From an uncultured Actinomycetota bacterium (GTDB lineage Bacteria > Actinomycetota > Actinomycetes > JAHEKZ01): a DNA stretch of 64,000 nucleotides. Under the pieces are notes generated by a model. The model searched no databases. It was not told where the DNA came from and saw nothing but the letters and a program-made list of their open reading frames with translations. The stretch is taken from positions 160,001 through 224,000 of the forward strand of contig CAVURN010000001.1 of NCBI GenBank assembly GCA_963743915.1. The letters are read 5' to 3'. Numbering within the stretch: position 1 is the stretch's first letter; each line of letters begins with the position of its first letter. Shown in pieces: positions 11,346-20,906 of this stretch. The translations under genes and the position numbers were made by a program.

Positions 11346-11794
11346 GCATGGGGCTCAACACCGAGCTCGTCGGCAAGACGTACCCACCACAGGTGTACGA
11401 GGTCGGCCGCGAAAAGGTCCGCGAGTTCGCCTCGGCCGTCGGCGACCCGAGCCCGGCCTACCACGACGTGGACGCCGCGCGCGCGCTCGGTCACGCCGAC
11501 CTGGTCGCTCCTCCGACGTTCGCCGTCGTCGTCACCAGGGGTCCGCAGCTCGCAGTGATCGATGACCCGGAGCTCGGCCTCGACTTCAGCCGTGTCGTGC
11601 ACGGTGACCAGAAGTTCGCGTTCACCAGGCCCATCGTGGCCGGCGACGTCCTGCACACCACTGCGTCCGTGGCCTCAGCGCGCACCATGGCCGGAAATGA
11701 CATCCTCACGATCCGCAGCGACGTCACCGATGCAGGCGGTGCGGCTGTCGTCTCGGTGTTCGCGACGCTCGTCGCTCGTGCGGTGGAGTCCTGA
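11342..11794 (+). CDS. MaoC/HadA-like (R)-hydroxyacyl dehydratase subunit
   Basis: YEVGREKVREFA, APPTF, VVHGDQKF..RPIVAGD; usual position after rpmG in Actinobacteria. Confidence 0.9.
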   Translation: MSMGLNTELVGKTYPPQVYEVGREKVREFASAVGDPSPAYHDVDAARALGHADLVAPPTFAVVVTRGPQLAVIDDPELGLDFSRVVHGDQKFAFTRPIVAGDVLHTTASVASARTMAGNDILTIRSDVTDAGGAAVVSVFATLVARAVES

Positions 11795-11795
11795 C

Positions 11796-12224
11796 ATGGC
11801 AGCCACCGTCCGCCATGCCGAACTGGAGGTGGGGACCGAGCTCCCTCCCCAGGCCTTCACCCTCCACCGCGTCGACCTCGTGAAGTACGCCGGCGCGTCC
11901 GGAGACTTCAACGTCATCCACTGGAACGAGCGCGTCGCACGGGAGGTCGGTCTTCCGAACGTCATCGCCCACGGCATGCTGACGATGGCCGAGGCTGTCC
12001 GTGTGGTGACGGACTGGTGCGGTGATCCGGGTGCCGTTGTCGAGTACTCGACGCGTTTCACCAAGCCGGTTCCGGTTCCCGATGACGACAACGGCGCGAC
12101 GGTCGAGGTCGCGGGCAAGGTCATCGAGCTGCTCGACGACGCGCGGGTCAAGGTCGAGCTCACCGCCCGGTGCGACGACGCCAAGGTGCTCGGCATGGCC
12201 CGGGTCGTCGTCCAGCTGACCTGA
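11796..12224 (+). CDS. MaoC/HadB-like dehydratase
   Basis: YAGASGDFNVIHWN...IAHGMLTM hydratase-2 motif. Confidence 0.92.
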   Translation: MAATVRHAELEVGTELPPQAFTLHRVDLVKYAGASGDFNVIHWNERVAREVGLPNVIAHGMLTMAEAVRVVTDWCGDPGAVVEYSTRFTKPVPVPDDDNGATVEVAGKVIELLDDARVKVELTARCDDAKVLGMARVVVQLT

Positions 12225-13255
12225 TGCGCGAGCTCCGCGATGTTCCGCTGTCGACCCTGACTTCGCTACGGGTCGGTGGCCCGGCCGAGCGGTTGCTCGA
12301 GGCGTCCACCACCGACGACCTGATCGATGCCGTGCACGGTGACGGCCGGGACGGCTGCTTCGTCCTCGCCCAGGGGTCGAACGTGGTCTTCGGCGACGCA
12401 GGTGTGGAGGTGCCCGTCGTGGCGGTCCGCACCTCCGGCGTCGAGGTGAAGCGCACCGGCAGCGAGGTGCATCTCCAGGTCGCAGCAGGCGAGATCTGGG
12501 ACGACCTCGTTGCGCGTGCGGTCACTGAGGGCTGGAGCGGTGTCGAGAGCCTGTCGGGCATCCCGGGGTCGGTCGGCGCGACGCCGATCCAGAACGTCGG
12601 TGCCTACGGCCAGGAGATCGCAGAGGTCGTGACCGAGGTCGAGGTGTACGACCGGCTGACGGCGCGTGGACGACGGATGTCGCGTGCCGACTGCGCATTC
12701 ACCTATCGCGGCAGCGTGTTCAAGAGTGAGCCCGATCGCCTCGTCGTGCTCTCGGTCCACCTTCGGCTCCGTGTCGACGGGGAGGGTGCACCGGTGCACT
12801 ACGCCGAGCTGGCCACGAAGCTGGGCATCGAGCTCGGTGGCCGGGCGCCGCTGTCAGCCGTGCGTGAGGCCGTGCTCGACCTGAGGCGCGGCAAGGGAAT
12901 GCTGCTGGACGCCGCTGACCACGACACCTGGTCGGCAGGCTCCTTCTTCACCAACCCGGTGCTGCCGGCGGCCAAGGTCCCCGACGGAGCCCCGCGATGG
13001 GAGCAAGCGGACGGACGCATCAAGACCTCCGCTGCCTGGCTGATCGAGCAGGCGGGCTTCGGCAAGGGGTTCGGTGCCGAGCTCGGTACCGGCAGAGCGA
13101 CGCTGTCGACCAAGCACACCCTTGCGGTCACGAACCGGGGTCGGGCCACCACCGAGGATGTCCTGCTGGTGGCACGCACCGTGCGCTCCGGCGTCCGTGA
13201 GCGCTTCGGTGTGACGCTGCACCCGGAGCCGACTCTGGTCGGGGTCCACCTGTGA
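12224..13255 (+). CDS. murB: UDP-N-acetylmuramate dehydrogenase
   Basis: GSNV, GIPGSVGATPIQNVGAYG, SAGSFFTNP, SAAWLIE, KHTLAVTN. Confidence 0.96.
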   Translation: MRELRDVPLSTLTSLRVGGPAERLLEASTTDDLIDAVHGDGRDGCFVLAQGSNVVFGDAGVEVPVVAVRTSGVEVKRTGSEVHLQVAAGEIWDDLVARAVTEGWSGVESLSGIPGSVGATPIQNVGAYGQEIAEVVTEVEVYDRLTARGRRMSRADCAFTYRGSVFKSEPDRLVVLSVHLRLRVDGEGAPVHYAELATKLGIELGGRAPLSAVREAVLDLRRGKGMLLDAADHDTWSAGSFFTNPVLPAAKVPDGAPRWEQADGRIKTSAAWLIEQAGFGKGFGAELGTGRATLSTKHTLAVTNRGRATTEDVLLVARTVRSGVRERFGVTLHPEPTLVGVHL

Positions 13256-13701
13256 CGGTCGACGTGCGGGTGGCCGAGCAGGAGGACGCCGACGCCGTTG
13301 CCGATGTGCTGATCACCAGCAGGCGCGCGGCCTACCCGGCTGTCCCGGCGTCCGTGCACCCGGACGACGAGACGCGGACGTGGGTCCGCCGGCACCTGCT
13401 GGATGAGTGCGAGGTGTGGGTGGCGACCGCCGAAACAGCGGTGGTCGGCGTCCTGGCCCTGCAGGACGACTGGGTCGAGCAGCTGTACGTGCTGCGCGAG
13501 TGGTCGGGCAAGGGAGTCGGTGGCCGCCTGCTCGAGCGGGCGAAGGAACGGTCGCCAGGTGGCCTGCAGCTGTGGACGTTCGTCAGCAACGAGACGGCCA
13601 GGACCTTCTACGAGCACCGGGGATTCGTGGTCGTCGAGCAGACGGACGGCTCCGGCAACGAGGAGCACCAGCCTGACCTGCGGATGGTCTGGCGTCCCTG
13701 A
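13252..13701 (+). CDS. GNAT family N-acetyltransferase
   Basis: QLYV...GKGVGGRLL, LWTFVSNETARTFYEHRGF, GSGNEEHQPD. Confidence 0.9.
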   Translation: MTVDVRVAEQEDADAVADVLITSRRAAYPAVPASVHPDDETRTWVRRHLLDECEVWVATAETAVVGVLALQDDWVEQLYVLREWSGKGVGGRLLERAKERSPGGLQLWTFVSNETARTFYEHRGFVVVEQTDGSGNEEHQPDLRMVWRP

Positions 13702-13703
13702 CG

Positions 13704-14747
13704 TCAGGACCCGACCGGCATCGCCAGCCACGCCTCGATGCCGTCGAGCATGTGCCGTTTGTGCGGGGCCGGGGCGTAGGACGCCTCGACCGAGGACCGG
13801 GCGAGTGCCGCCAACGCCGCGTCGTCGAAGCCGTGCACCTCGCGGGCGATCACGTACTGCTCGGTGAGCCTCGAGCCGAAGAGCAGCGGGTCATCTGCGC
13901 CCAGTGCCACCCGCACACCGGCGTCGACCAACGTGCGCAGGGGGACCTCTGCAGCAGTGTCGAAGACACCGAGAGCGACGTTCGAGGCGGGACAGACCTC
14001 GAGTGGCACCCCGTCGTCCGCCAGGCGTTTGACGAGGTCGGGGTCTTCCACGCTGCGGACGCCGTGCCCGACCCGCGCGGCGCCGAGGACGTCGAGGCAG
14101 CCGCGGACGCTGTCAGCGCCGAGCAGCTCACCCCCGTGCGGGACGCCGACCAGGCCCGCCCGGCGCGCGATGCGGAAGGCGTCAGCGAAGTGCTCGGGCT
14201 TGCCGCGTCGCTCGTCGTTCGCCAGTCCGAAGCCGATCACCCCCTGGTCGGTGTACTGGGCTGCCAGCCGGGCGAGGGTCCGCGCGTCGAGCGGGTGCCG
14301 GGTTCGGTTGGCCCCGACGATCAGTCCGATGGCGAGCCCGGTGGACCCCGACGCCGCACGCACCGCGTCCAGGATGAGCTCGAGGGTCGCGGTGAGACCG
14401 TCGAAGCGGGCGGCGTAGCCGGAGGGGTCGACCTGGATCTCCAACCACTGCGAGCCGTCGGCGACCTCGTCCTCAGCCACCTCGCGCAGCAGGCGGAAGA
14501 GGTCCTCCGGCTCGCGCAGCACCGACCGTGCCGTGTCGTAGAGCCGCTGGAACCGGAACCAGCCGCGCTCGTCGGTGGCGCGCAGCTCAGGGGGCGTCTC
14601 GGCGGTCAGGGCCTCCGGCAGGTGGACGTGGTGGCGTCCAGCCAGATCGATCATGGTGGCGTGCCGCATCGCCCCGGTGAAGTGCAGGTGGAGGTGCGCC
14701 TTGGGCAGTCGGCGCAGGTCGCGGCCGCTGCTGCCGTCCCGCGTCAC
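13704..14747 (-). CDS. add: Adenosine deaminase
   Basis: LPKAHLHLHFTG, PHGGE, RVGHGVR, LEVCPASN, ADDPLLFG; start codon approximate. Confidence 0.92.
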   Translation of the reverse strand: MTRDGSSGRDLRRLPKAHLHLHFTGAMRHATMIDLAGRHHVHLPEALTAETPPELRATDERGWFRFQRLYDTARSVLREPEDLFRLLREVAEDEVADGSQWLEIQVDPSGYAARFDGLTATLELILDAVRAASGSTGLAIGLIVGANRTRHPLDARTLARLAAQYTDQGVIGFGLANDERRGKPEHFADAFRIARRAGLVGVPHGGELLGADSVRGCLDVLGAARVGHGVRSVEDPDLVKRLADDGVPLEVCPASNVALGVFDTAAEVPLRTLVDAGVRVALGADDPLLFGSRLTEQYVIAREVHGFDDAALAALARSSVEASYAPAPHKRHMLDGIEAWLAMPVGS

Positions 14748-14820
14748 CGAGCCTCCACCCGTCCAGGGTAGGGACCGGATGACCGGTTCGGGACCTTGGT
14801 CCCGAAGGGGAGAGGACTTC

Positions 14821-14836
14821 ATACCCTGGGGGGTAT
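14821..14836. promoter_or_regulatory. CsoR/CstR-family operator
   Basis: ATACCC-TGGG-GGGTAT: perfect 6-bp arms with central G-tract, about 80 bp upstream of sqr. Confidence 0.7.
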
Positions 14837-14918
14837 CCGCTCACGCTCCTACTGTGGGTCCTGGAAGTCCCCCACGGACCCAGTCCTGGTGGAGGTTCAC
14901 GAAGACTCGGGAGGGCTC

Positions 14919-16167
14919 ATGAAGCGCCTGCTCGTTCTCGGCGGCGGAACCGCCGGAACCATGGTCGTCAACAAGCTCCGTCCGCGACTGCCCCGCAATG
15001 AGTGGCAGATCACGGTCGTCGAGCAGCGCGACGTCCACTACTACCAGCCCGGCTACCTCTTCATCCCGTTCGGCGCGTACACCCCGAGCGAGGTCGTCAA
15101 GCCGGTGCAGAAGTTCATGCCCGACGGTGTGGACCTCGTCCACGGCGAGATCGACCGCGTCGACGCCGAGGCGAACCAGGTGCTGCTCACCGACGGCACG
15201 ACGCTCGGGTACGACCAGCTCGTCATCGCGACCGGCACCACGCCGCGTCCGGCCGAGACCCCGGGCATGGACGAGGGGGAGTGGCGCAAGAGCATTCACG
15301 AGTTCTACACCCATGAGGGTGCGACAGCGCTGGGCGAGAAGCTGAAGGACTGGCAGGGCGGACGCCTCGTGGTCCACATCGTCGACATGCCCATCAAGTG
15401 CCCGGTCGCCCCGCTGGAGTTCACCTTCCTGGCCGACTCGTTCTTCCGCGAGCACGGGATCCGGGACCAGGTCGAGATCGTCTACGTCACGCCGCTTCCC
15501 GGCGCCTTCACCAAGCCGATCGCCTCGGACCACCTCGGCGGCATGCTCGAGGAGCGCAAGGTCGAGGTCGAGTCCGACTTCATGGTCGAGAGCATCGACC
15601 CCGAGGCCAAGAAGCTGGTCTCGTACGACGAGCGCGAGGTGCCGTTCGACCTGCTCGTGACGATCCCGCTCAACATGGGCGCCGACTTCGTGGCGCGCTC
15701 GGGACTCGGTGACGACCTCAATTACGTGAAGGTCGACAAGCACACCTTCCTGTCCACGCAGTACGACAACGTCTTCGCCGTCGGGTGACGCCTCGAACAT
15801 CCCTGCGTCCAAGGCGGGCTCAGTGGCGCACTTCGCGGTGGACATCTTCACCCACAACTTCCTGCGTCACATCGACGGACTGCCGATGGACGAGAAGTTC
15901 GACGGACACGCGAACTGCTTCATCGAGTCCGGTGGCGGCAAGGGCCTGCTGATCGACTTCAACTACGACACCGAGCCCATGCCGGGCAAGTACCCGCTTC
16001 CCGGGATCGGCCCCTTCAGCCTGCTGAAGGAGACCGAGCTCAACCACTGGGGCAAGCTGATGTTCCGCTGGATCTACTGGAACGTCCTGCTCCCTGGCAA
16101 GGAGCTGCCGCTGCCGGCGCTCATGTCGATGGCGGGCAAGGAAGTCCCTGACGAGGTGGCGTCATGA
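14919..16167 (+). CDS. sqr: Sulfide:quinone oxidoreductase-like flavoprotein (type III-like), one frameshift at about 15785
   Basis: GGGTAG, HYYQPG, IKCPVAPLE, NVFAVG-DA, FDGHANCFIESG, NHWGKLMFRWIYWN. Confidence 0.88.
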
Positions 16168-16874
16168 CCGCGGTCACGACGCCCCTGACGACCGACGAGC
16201 GTCTCGAGCTGCTCACCGAGCAGGTCGCGATGATGGCCGAGGAGCTACGGACCCAGCGTGCCCAACGCGAGCGGTGGGCGGAACTCGTGACCGACTCCGC
16301 ACCCGTCGTCAGCGGCGCCATGGACATGGTGACGCGTGAGCTCGACACGCTCAGCGACGACGTCACGATCGAGGACGCCGCGCGACTGGCTCGCACGCTG
16401 GCCCGCGCCGTCCCCACGATGGAGGCGATGCTCGCCCAGCTGGAGTCGCTGCACTCGTTGACCCAGGATGTCGTGCCGTTGGCATCACCGGCGATGGCCA
16501 CCCTCACGACGGCGCTCCAGGAAGCCGAGGACAAGGGGTACTTCACCTTCGCCCGCGGCGGGTTCGAGATCGTCGACCAGGTCGTCACCTCGTTCGACGA
16601 GGACGACGTCAAGGCTCTCGGCGACAACGTCGTGCTGATCCTGAACACGGTCAAGGAGCTGACCCAGCCCGAGGTGATGGCGCTGCTGCAGCGCACCGCC
16701 ATCACGGCCCAGGAGGTCGACGACGAGTTCGCCGAGCCGCCTTCGATGTTCGCTCTGCTCAAGCAGATGCGAGACCCCCAGACCCGCAGAGGGCTTGGTC
16801 GTGTCATGACCATGCTCCACACCATCGGCGCCGAGCAGTCGGCGTCCCGCTCAACCCCACCAGAAGAGAGGTAA
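16164..16874 (+). CDS. DUF1641 domain protein
   Basis: Helical protein ending PPSMFALLKQMRDPQTRRGLG; ATGA overlap with sqr. Confidence 0.8.
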   Translation: MTAVTTPLTTDERLELLTEQVAMMAEELRTQRAQRERWAELVTDSAPVVSGAMDMVTRELDTLSDDVTIEDAARLARTLARAVPTMEAMLAQLESLHSLTQDVVPLASPAMATLTTALQEAEDKGYFTFARGGFEIVDQVVTSFDEDDVKALGDNVVLILNTVKELTQPEVMALLQRTAITAQEVDDEFAEPPSMFALLKQMRDPQTRRGLGRVMTMLHTIGAEQSASRSTPPEER

Positions 16875-16878
16875 GACC

Positions 16879-17193
16879 ATGCCAGTCACCACGATCAGCG
16901 GACGCGACATCCACGTCGACGACGAAGGATTCCTGACCGAGTACGACGAGTGGGACGAGAACCTGGCCAAGGTGCTCGCCACCAACATCGGCATCGACCT
17001 CACCGACGAGCACTGGCAGGCGATCCGGTTCGTCCGGGACGACTTCAAGGCTCAGGGCGAGACGCCGACCATCCGTCGCGTGTCCTCCGTCGGCGGCATC
17101 GACACCAAGAAGCTCTTCCAGCTCTTCCCCAAGAAGCCGGCCAAGAAGATGTCCTACATCGCCGGTGTCCCCAAGCCGCACGGCTGCGTGTGA
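16879..17193 (+). CDS. TusE/DsrC family sulfur relay protein
   Basis: DDEGFL, LTDEHW, LFQLFP, ends IAGVPKPHGCV with only the penultimate Cys. Confidence 0.92.
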   Translation: MPVTTISGRDIHVDDEGFLTEYDEWDENLAKVLATNIGIDLTDEHWQAIRFVRDDFKAQGETPTIRRVSSVGGIDTKKLFQLFPKKPAKKMSYIAGVPKPHGCV

Positions 17194-17222
17194 GCGCGGC
17201 GGACGAACGAGAGGAAACCACC

Positions 17223-17753
17223 ATGAGCACCGAGACCCAGACCCCCATCGTGCCCGCGTTCGACGACGAGGACACCGACCGCAAGCTCGCCATCATCTGC
17301 AGCAAGGGCAACCTCGACATGGCTTACCCGGCACTGGTGCTGGGCAACGCCGCCCTCGGCGAGGGCATCGAGACGCACCTGTTCTTCACCTTCTGGGGCT
17401 TCGACATGATCACGAAGTCGCGGATGAACGACCTGAAGTTCAGCCCCGTGGGCAACACCGCCATGCACCTGCCCGTCGGGGACGTACGCATCCCTCAGGC
17501 CCTGGCGCCCATGCCCGGCATGCAGCCCATGGCGACCAAGATGATCAAGCAGCAGATCGCCGAACTCGGCATCCCCGAGGTCCCGGAGTTCCTCGAGCAG
17601 ATCGTGGCCTCTGGCGGTCACCTGTGGGCGTGCCGCATGTCCGCCGACATGAACCACCTCACCGAGGAGGACCTCTACGACGGCGTCGAGGCGATCATCA
17701 ACGCCTCCGACTTCATCGAGATGACCGATGGCGCGCAGCTGCTGTTCATCTGA
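17223..17753 (+). CDS. DsrE/DsrF/DrsH-like (DsrE2-type) sulfurtransferase
   Basis: LAIICSKGNLDMAYP, FFTFWG, LWACRMSADM, ends LLFI. Confidence 0.88.
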   Translation: MSTETQTPIVPAFDDEDTDRKLAIICSKGNLDMAYPALVLGNAALGEGIETHLFFTFWGFDMITKSRMNDLKFSPVGNTAMHLPVGDVRIPQALAPMPGMQPMATKMIKQQIAELGIPEVPEFLEQIVASGGHLWACRMSADMNHLTEEDLYDGVEAIINASDFIEMTDGAQLLFI

Positions 17754-17837
17754 CCCAGGCATCGGATGGCCGGTCTGTGGTGGTACCGGTCACCCGAGCG
17801 CCGTCGCTGTGACCTGACTGGCGTCACGCGGCGGTTC

Positions 17838-17882
17838 GCGGCCCCGGCCGGCTCCGTGGGGGAGCCCTCCGGCCGGGGCCGC
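17838..17882. terminator. GC-rich stem-loop after the sulfur operon
   Basis: GCGGCCCCGGCCGG / CCGGCCGGGGCCGC perfect 14-bp stem. Confidence 0.6.
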
Positions 17883-17992
17883 ACCTTGCCGTCACTCGGG
17901 TCGAGCTGCTGGTGGCAGTGACGGCGTGGGCGACCCATCAATCGACACGCCTTGCAGATGGATTCCCCGCGGAGCCGGACGTCGATCGACGC

Positions 17993-18899
17993 TCATGACG
18001 TATCGAAGTAGCGTCGAAGCGACGATGCAGCCGTGGTCGCTCTGATGTCGGAGGGCGAAGCCCGCAAACCGCAGGACGGTCCGACTTGCCGTCATCAACG
18101 ACAACCGCGTTGTTCCGATCGAGGTCGTCGCACCAGCCGAGGCACATCCATGTGCTGCTGTCCGTCGATCTCCGCGACGAGGTCGTACTCGTCGAACACG
18201 GCGTCCAGGTACCGCAGCCGACCGGACGAATCGCGCCTCCGTACCTGCCGGGTGGGCATGGGAAGCCCGGTTCCCACGGCACAGTCGCAGGAACAGCATC
18301 TCGTACTCACTCAGCGAGCCTCCAGCCACGTCGCGGCAGGGTACTCGACGATCAGGGCGCGCCGGTGCTGGGAGCGTCAGCCGGGGTGCGATCGCCAGTT
18401 GAAGGGCCTCCGGCGCACGAGGCTTCTGCTGCACCGAGGCAGCCAGGATGCGCTTGGGTCTGTCAGTGGTGTGACGGCCCATGTCGGCAGCGTCGATGAT
18501 GGAGCGTTGGATCCGGGTGCGCCGCGGTAGGCGCACCGGGTGGATGTCCCGCTCGGAGAGTCGCTCCGAGGAATGGACCTTCACGCCCGGCATGGCGCGT
18601 GGATTGCGCGCCCCTGGGCACCAGGAGGTGCTGAGGTGGGGGTGCGGCGAAACCGCGAAAGGCCGTCGAGATCGGCTGCCGTGAGAGCCGGCGGTGGTGG
18701 CCTCGGGCCCATGTGCGATCAATGCGCACCACGAGCCGCTCGTCGTGGGTGAGCGGGTCCGGAGTGAAGGACGATCACGCCCTTGGAGCGGGCTCTGCCA
18801 CCGCGCTCGCTCGACCATCCACCGGACGTGCCCGCCGTCCGAACTGGGCGATGGCGCGTCACGACGGACATCACGGTGCACTGCGCAGCGACGGGACAT
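17993..18899 (-). pseudogene. DUF559/Vsr-like endonuclease domain protein with AbiEi-like N-terminus; many frameshifts
   Basis: Fragments GVIVLHSGP, RSIIDAA, GGSLSEYEMLF, GLPMPTRQVRRRD..GRLRYLD, LVAEIDGQQH, DDLDRNN, VLRF; boundaries approximate; breaks may be sequencing errors. Confidence 0.65.
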
Positions 18900-19030
18900 G
18901 GCCGAACCATCTGAGCGCCATGATCGTGGTGATGGCTGGCGAGTCCGGCAGATCCTCGGCGCGACGACGGTGTGGAGGGCGGAGTGCACCCGCAAGTGCT
19001 GTCAGGGCAACCCTTGCTGCGACAGCTCGC

Positions 19031-20248
19031 CTACTGGGCGTCGGCGAGCAGCTTGCCGAGGCGGGTGACGCCCTCGACGAGGTCGTCGTCACCGAGGGCG
19101 TACGACATCCTCAGGTAGCCGGGCGTGCCGAACGCCTCGCCGGGCACCACGGCCACCTCAGCGACGTCGAGCGCGACGTCGGCCAAGGAGAGTGACGAGT
19201 CGATCGCCGTTCCGTTGATGGTCTTGCCCAGCACACCTTTCACCGAGGGGTAGGCGTAGAACGCCCCCTCCGGCTCAGGGCAGGTGACGCCGGGGATGTC
19301 GTTGAGCATCGACACGATCGTGCGCCGACGCCGGTCGAACGCGACGCGCATCTCGGCCACGGCGTCCAGCGGTCCGGAGACCGCGGTGAGGGCGGCCACC
19401 TGTGCCACGTTGCTGACGTTGGACGTCGAGTGTGACTGCAGGTTCGCGGCTCCCTTGACGATGTCCTTCGGGCCGATCATCCAGCCCACCCGCCAGCCGG
19501 TCATCGCAAAGGTCTTGGCGACGCCGTTCACGACCACGCAGCGGTCGATGATCTCGGGCACCAGCGTCGGCAGCGAGCTGAACGTGGCGTCGCCGTAGAC
19601 GAGGTGCTCGTAGATCTCGTCGGTCATCACCCAGATGCCGTGCTCGACCGCCCATCGTCCGATGGCCTCGACCTCGGCGGGGGAGTAGACCGCCCCGGTG
19701 GGGTTCGAGGGCGAGACGAAGATGAGCATCTTCGTGCGCTCGGTACGGGCCGCCTCGAGCTGCTCGACCGTGGCCCGGTAGCCCGTGGCCTCGTCGGTGA
19801 CGACCGGTACCGGGATCCCGCCGAAGATGGACACCACCTCGGGGTAGGTCACCCAGTAGGGCGCCTGGATGATCACTTCGTCGCCGTGGTCGATGAGTGA
19901 GGCGACCGCGTTGAAGATCGCCTGCTTGCCTCCGTTGGTCACGAGCACCTGGGACGCGTCCACCGCCAGCCCGGAGTCACGGAGGGTCTTCTCTGCGATC
20001 GCCTCGCGCAGCGCAGGAAGACCTGCTGCCGGCGTGTAGCGGTGCCAGCGGGGGTCATGCGTGGCCGCGGCTGCCGCGTCCACGATGTAGTCAGGGGTCG
20101 GGAAGTCGGGTTCGCCGGCGCCGAAGCCGATGACAGGTCGTCCCGCGGCCTTCAGGGCCTTGGCCTTGGCATCGACCGCCAGGGTGGCTGACTCGGCGAT
20201 ACCCGCGACGCGAGCGGACAGGCGGGAGGGGGTCGGCGAGGCGTTCAT
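19031..20248 (-). CDS. aspC: Aspartate aminotransferase (PLP class I/II)
   Basis: [42 protein letters not shown]; usual position before tRNA-Trp. Confidence 0.93.
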   Translation of the reverse strand: MNASPTPSRLSARVAGIAESATLAVDAKAKALKAAGRPVIGFGAGEPDFPTPDYIVDAAAAATHDPRWHRYTPAAGLPALREAIAEKTLRDSGLAVDASQVLVTNGGKQAIFNAVASLIDHGDEVIIQAPYWVTYPEVVSIFGGIPVPVVTDEATGYRATVEQLEAARTERTKMLIFVSPSNPTGAVYSPAEVEAIGRWAVEHGIWVMTDEIYEHLVYGDATFSSLPTLVPEIIDRCVVVNGVAKTFAMTGWRVGWMIGPKDIVKGAANLQSHSTSNVSNVAQVAALTAVSGPLDAVAEMRVAFDRRRRTIVSMLNDIPGVTCPEPEGAFYAYPSVKGVLGKTINGTAIDSSLSLADVALDVAEVAVVPGEAFGTPGYLRMSYALGDDDLVEGVTRLGKLLADAQ

Positions 20249-20356
20249 GGGGCCATCCTCCCACCGCTTCTCAGATGGGGGAGGAGGGTGTTCCACGGCT
20301 CCGGGCAGCCTCAGGCCCGGGGTGGCGCCGTCGACTCCGAGCGCGCAGGCGGCGGT

Positions 20357-20386
20357 TCGACTCCGGCGCCTCGGACCCCGTACACT
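20357..20386 (+). promoter_or_regulatory. Promoter for tRNA-Trp-secE-nusG
   Basis: TCGACT-N18-TACACT. Confidence 0.5.
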
Positions 20387-20480
20387 CGACGGCCGGTGGC
20401 TTCTTGCCATGGTTTTGCCATGCCCGGGCGCCGGCGTGTCCCACGTCGCTCCCTGCACGGGCCTGGCAGGCGTCACCGGG

Positions 20481-20553
20481 AGGGCAGTAGCTCAATTGGC
20501 AGAGTCCCGGTCTCCAAAACCGGTGGTTGGGGGTTCGAGTCCCTCCTGCCCTG
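20481..20553 (+). tRNA. tRNA-Trp(CCA)
   Basis: AGGGCAG/CTGCCCT acceptor, CTCCAAA anticodon loop, GTTCGAGTC. Confidence 0.96.
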
Positions 20554-20625
20554 CGCACGACGGCGCCCGCCGTCGGCACGACAGGACGTCCGCTCCGGCG
20601 GACCGGAACGGGAAGGGTGAGGCTG

Positions 20626-20877
20626 GTGGCGGAGTCCCGCGGTTCGACGGCCACCCCTGAGCGCGGTCAGTCCCCCTCGGCGAGGAAGGGCCCGATCGCC
20701 AGGCTCCTGCTGTTCTACCGGCAGGTCGTGGCCGAGATGCGCAAGGTCGTGTGGCCGACCCGCAACGAGCTCATCACCTACACCGTCGTCGTGATCGTGT
20801 TCGTGGTCAGCTTCGCTGCCCTCGTCCTGTTGTTCGACATCGGCGTCGCCAAGGTCGTCGAATGGGTCTTCAGCTGA
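20626..20877 (+). CDS. secE: Preprotein translocase subunit SecE
   Basis: [17 protein letters not shown] then one TM helix. Confidence 0.95.
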   Translation: MAESRGSTATPERGQSPSARKGPIARLLLFYRQVVAEMRKVVWPTRNELITYTVVVIVFVVSFAALVLLFDIGVAKVVEWVFS

Positions 20878-20906
20878 CCCCCGCCCTACCGTCAGGAGTT
20901 CCTCCC

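Noticed and set aside
15786-15788. TGA inside sqr as possible selenocysteine or readthrough
   Set aside because: The protein continues in a different frame; removing one G restores VGDA, so it is an indel
20354-20364. GGTTCGACTCC looks like a tRNA T-arm (tRNA remnant or att site)
   Set aside because: No acceptor or anticodon stems; TCGACT is better explained as the -35 of a TACACT promoter
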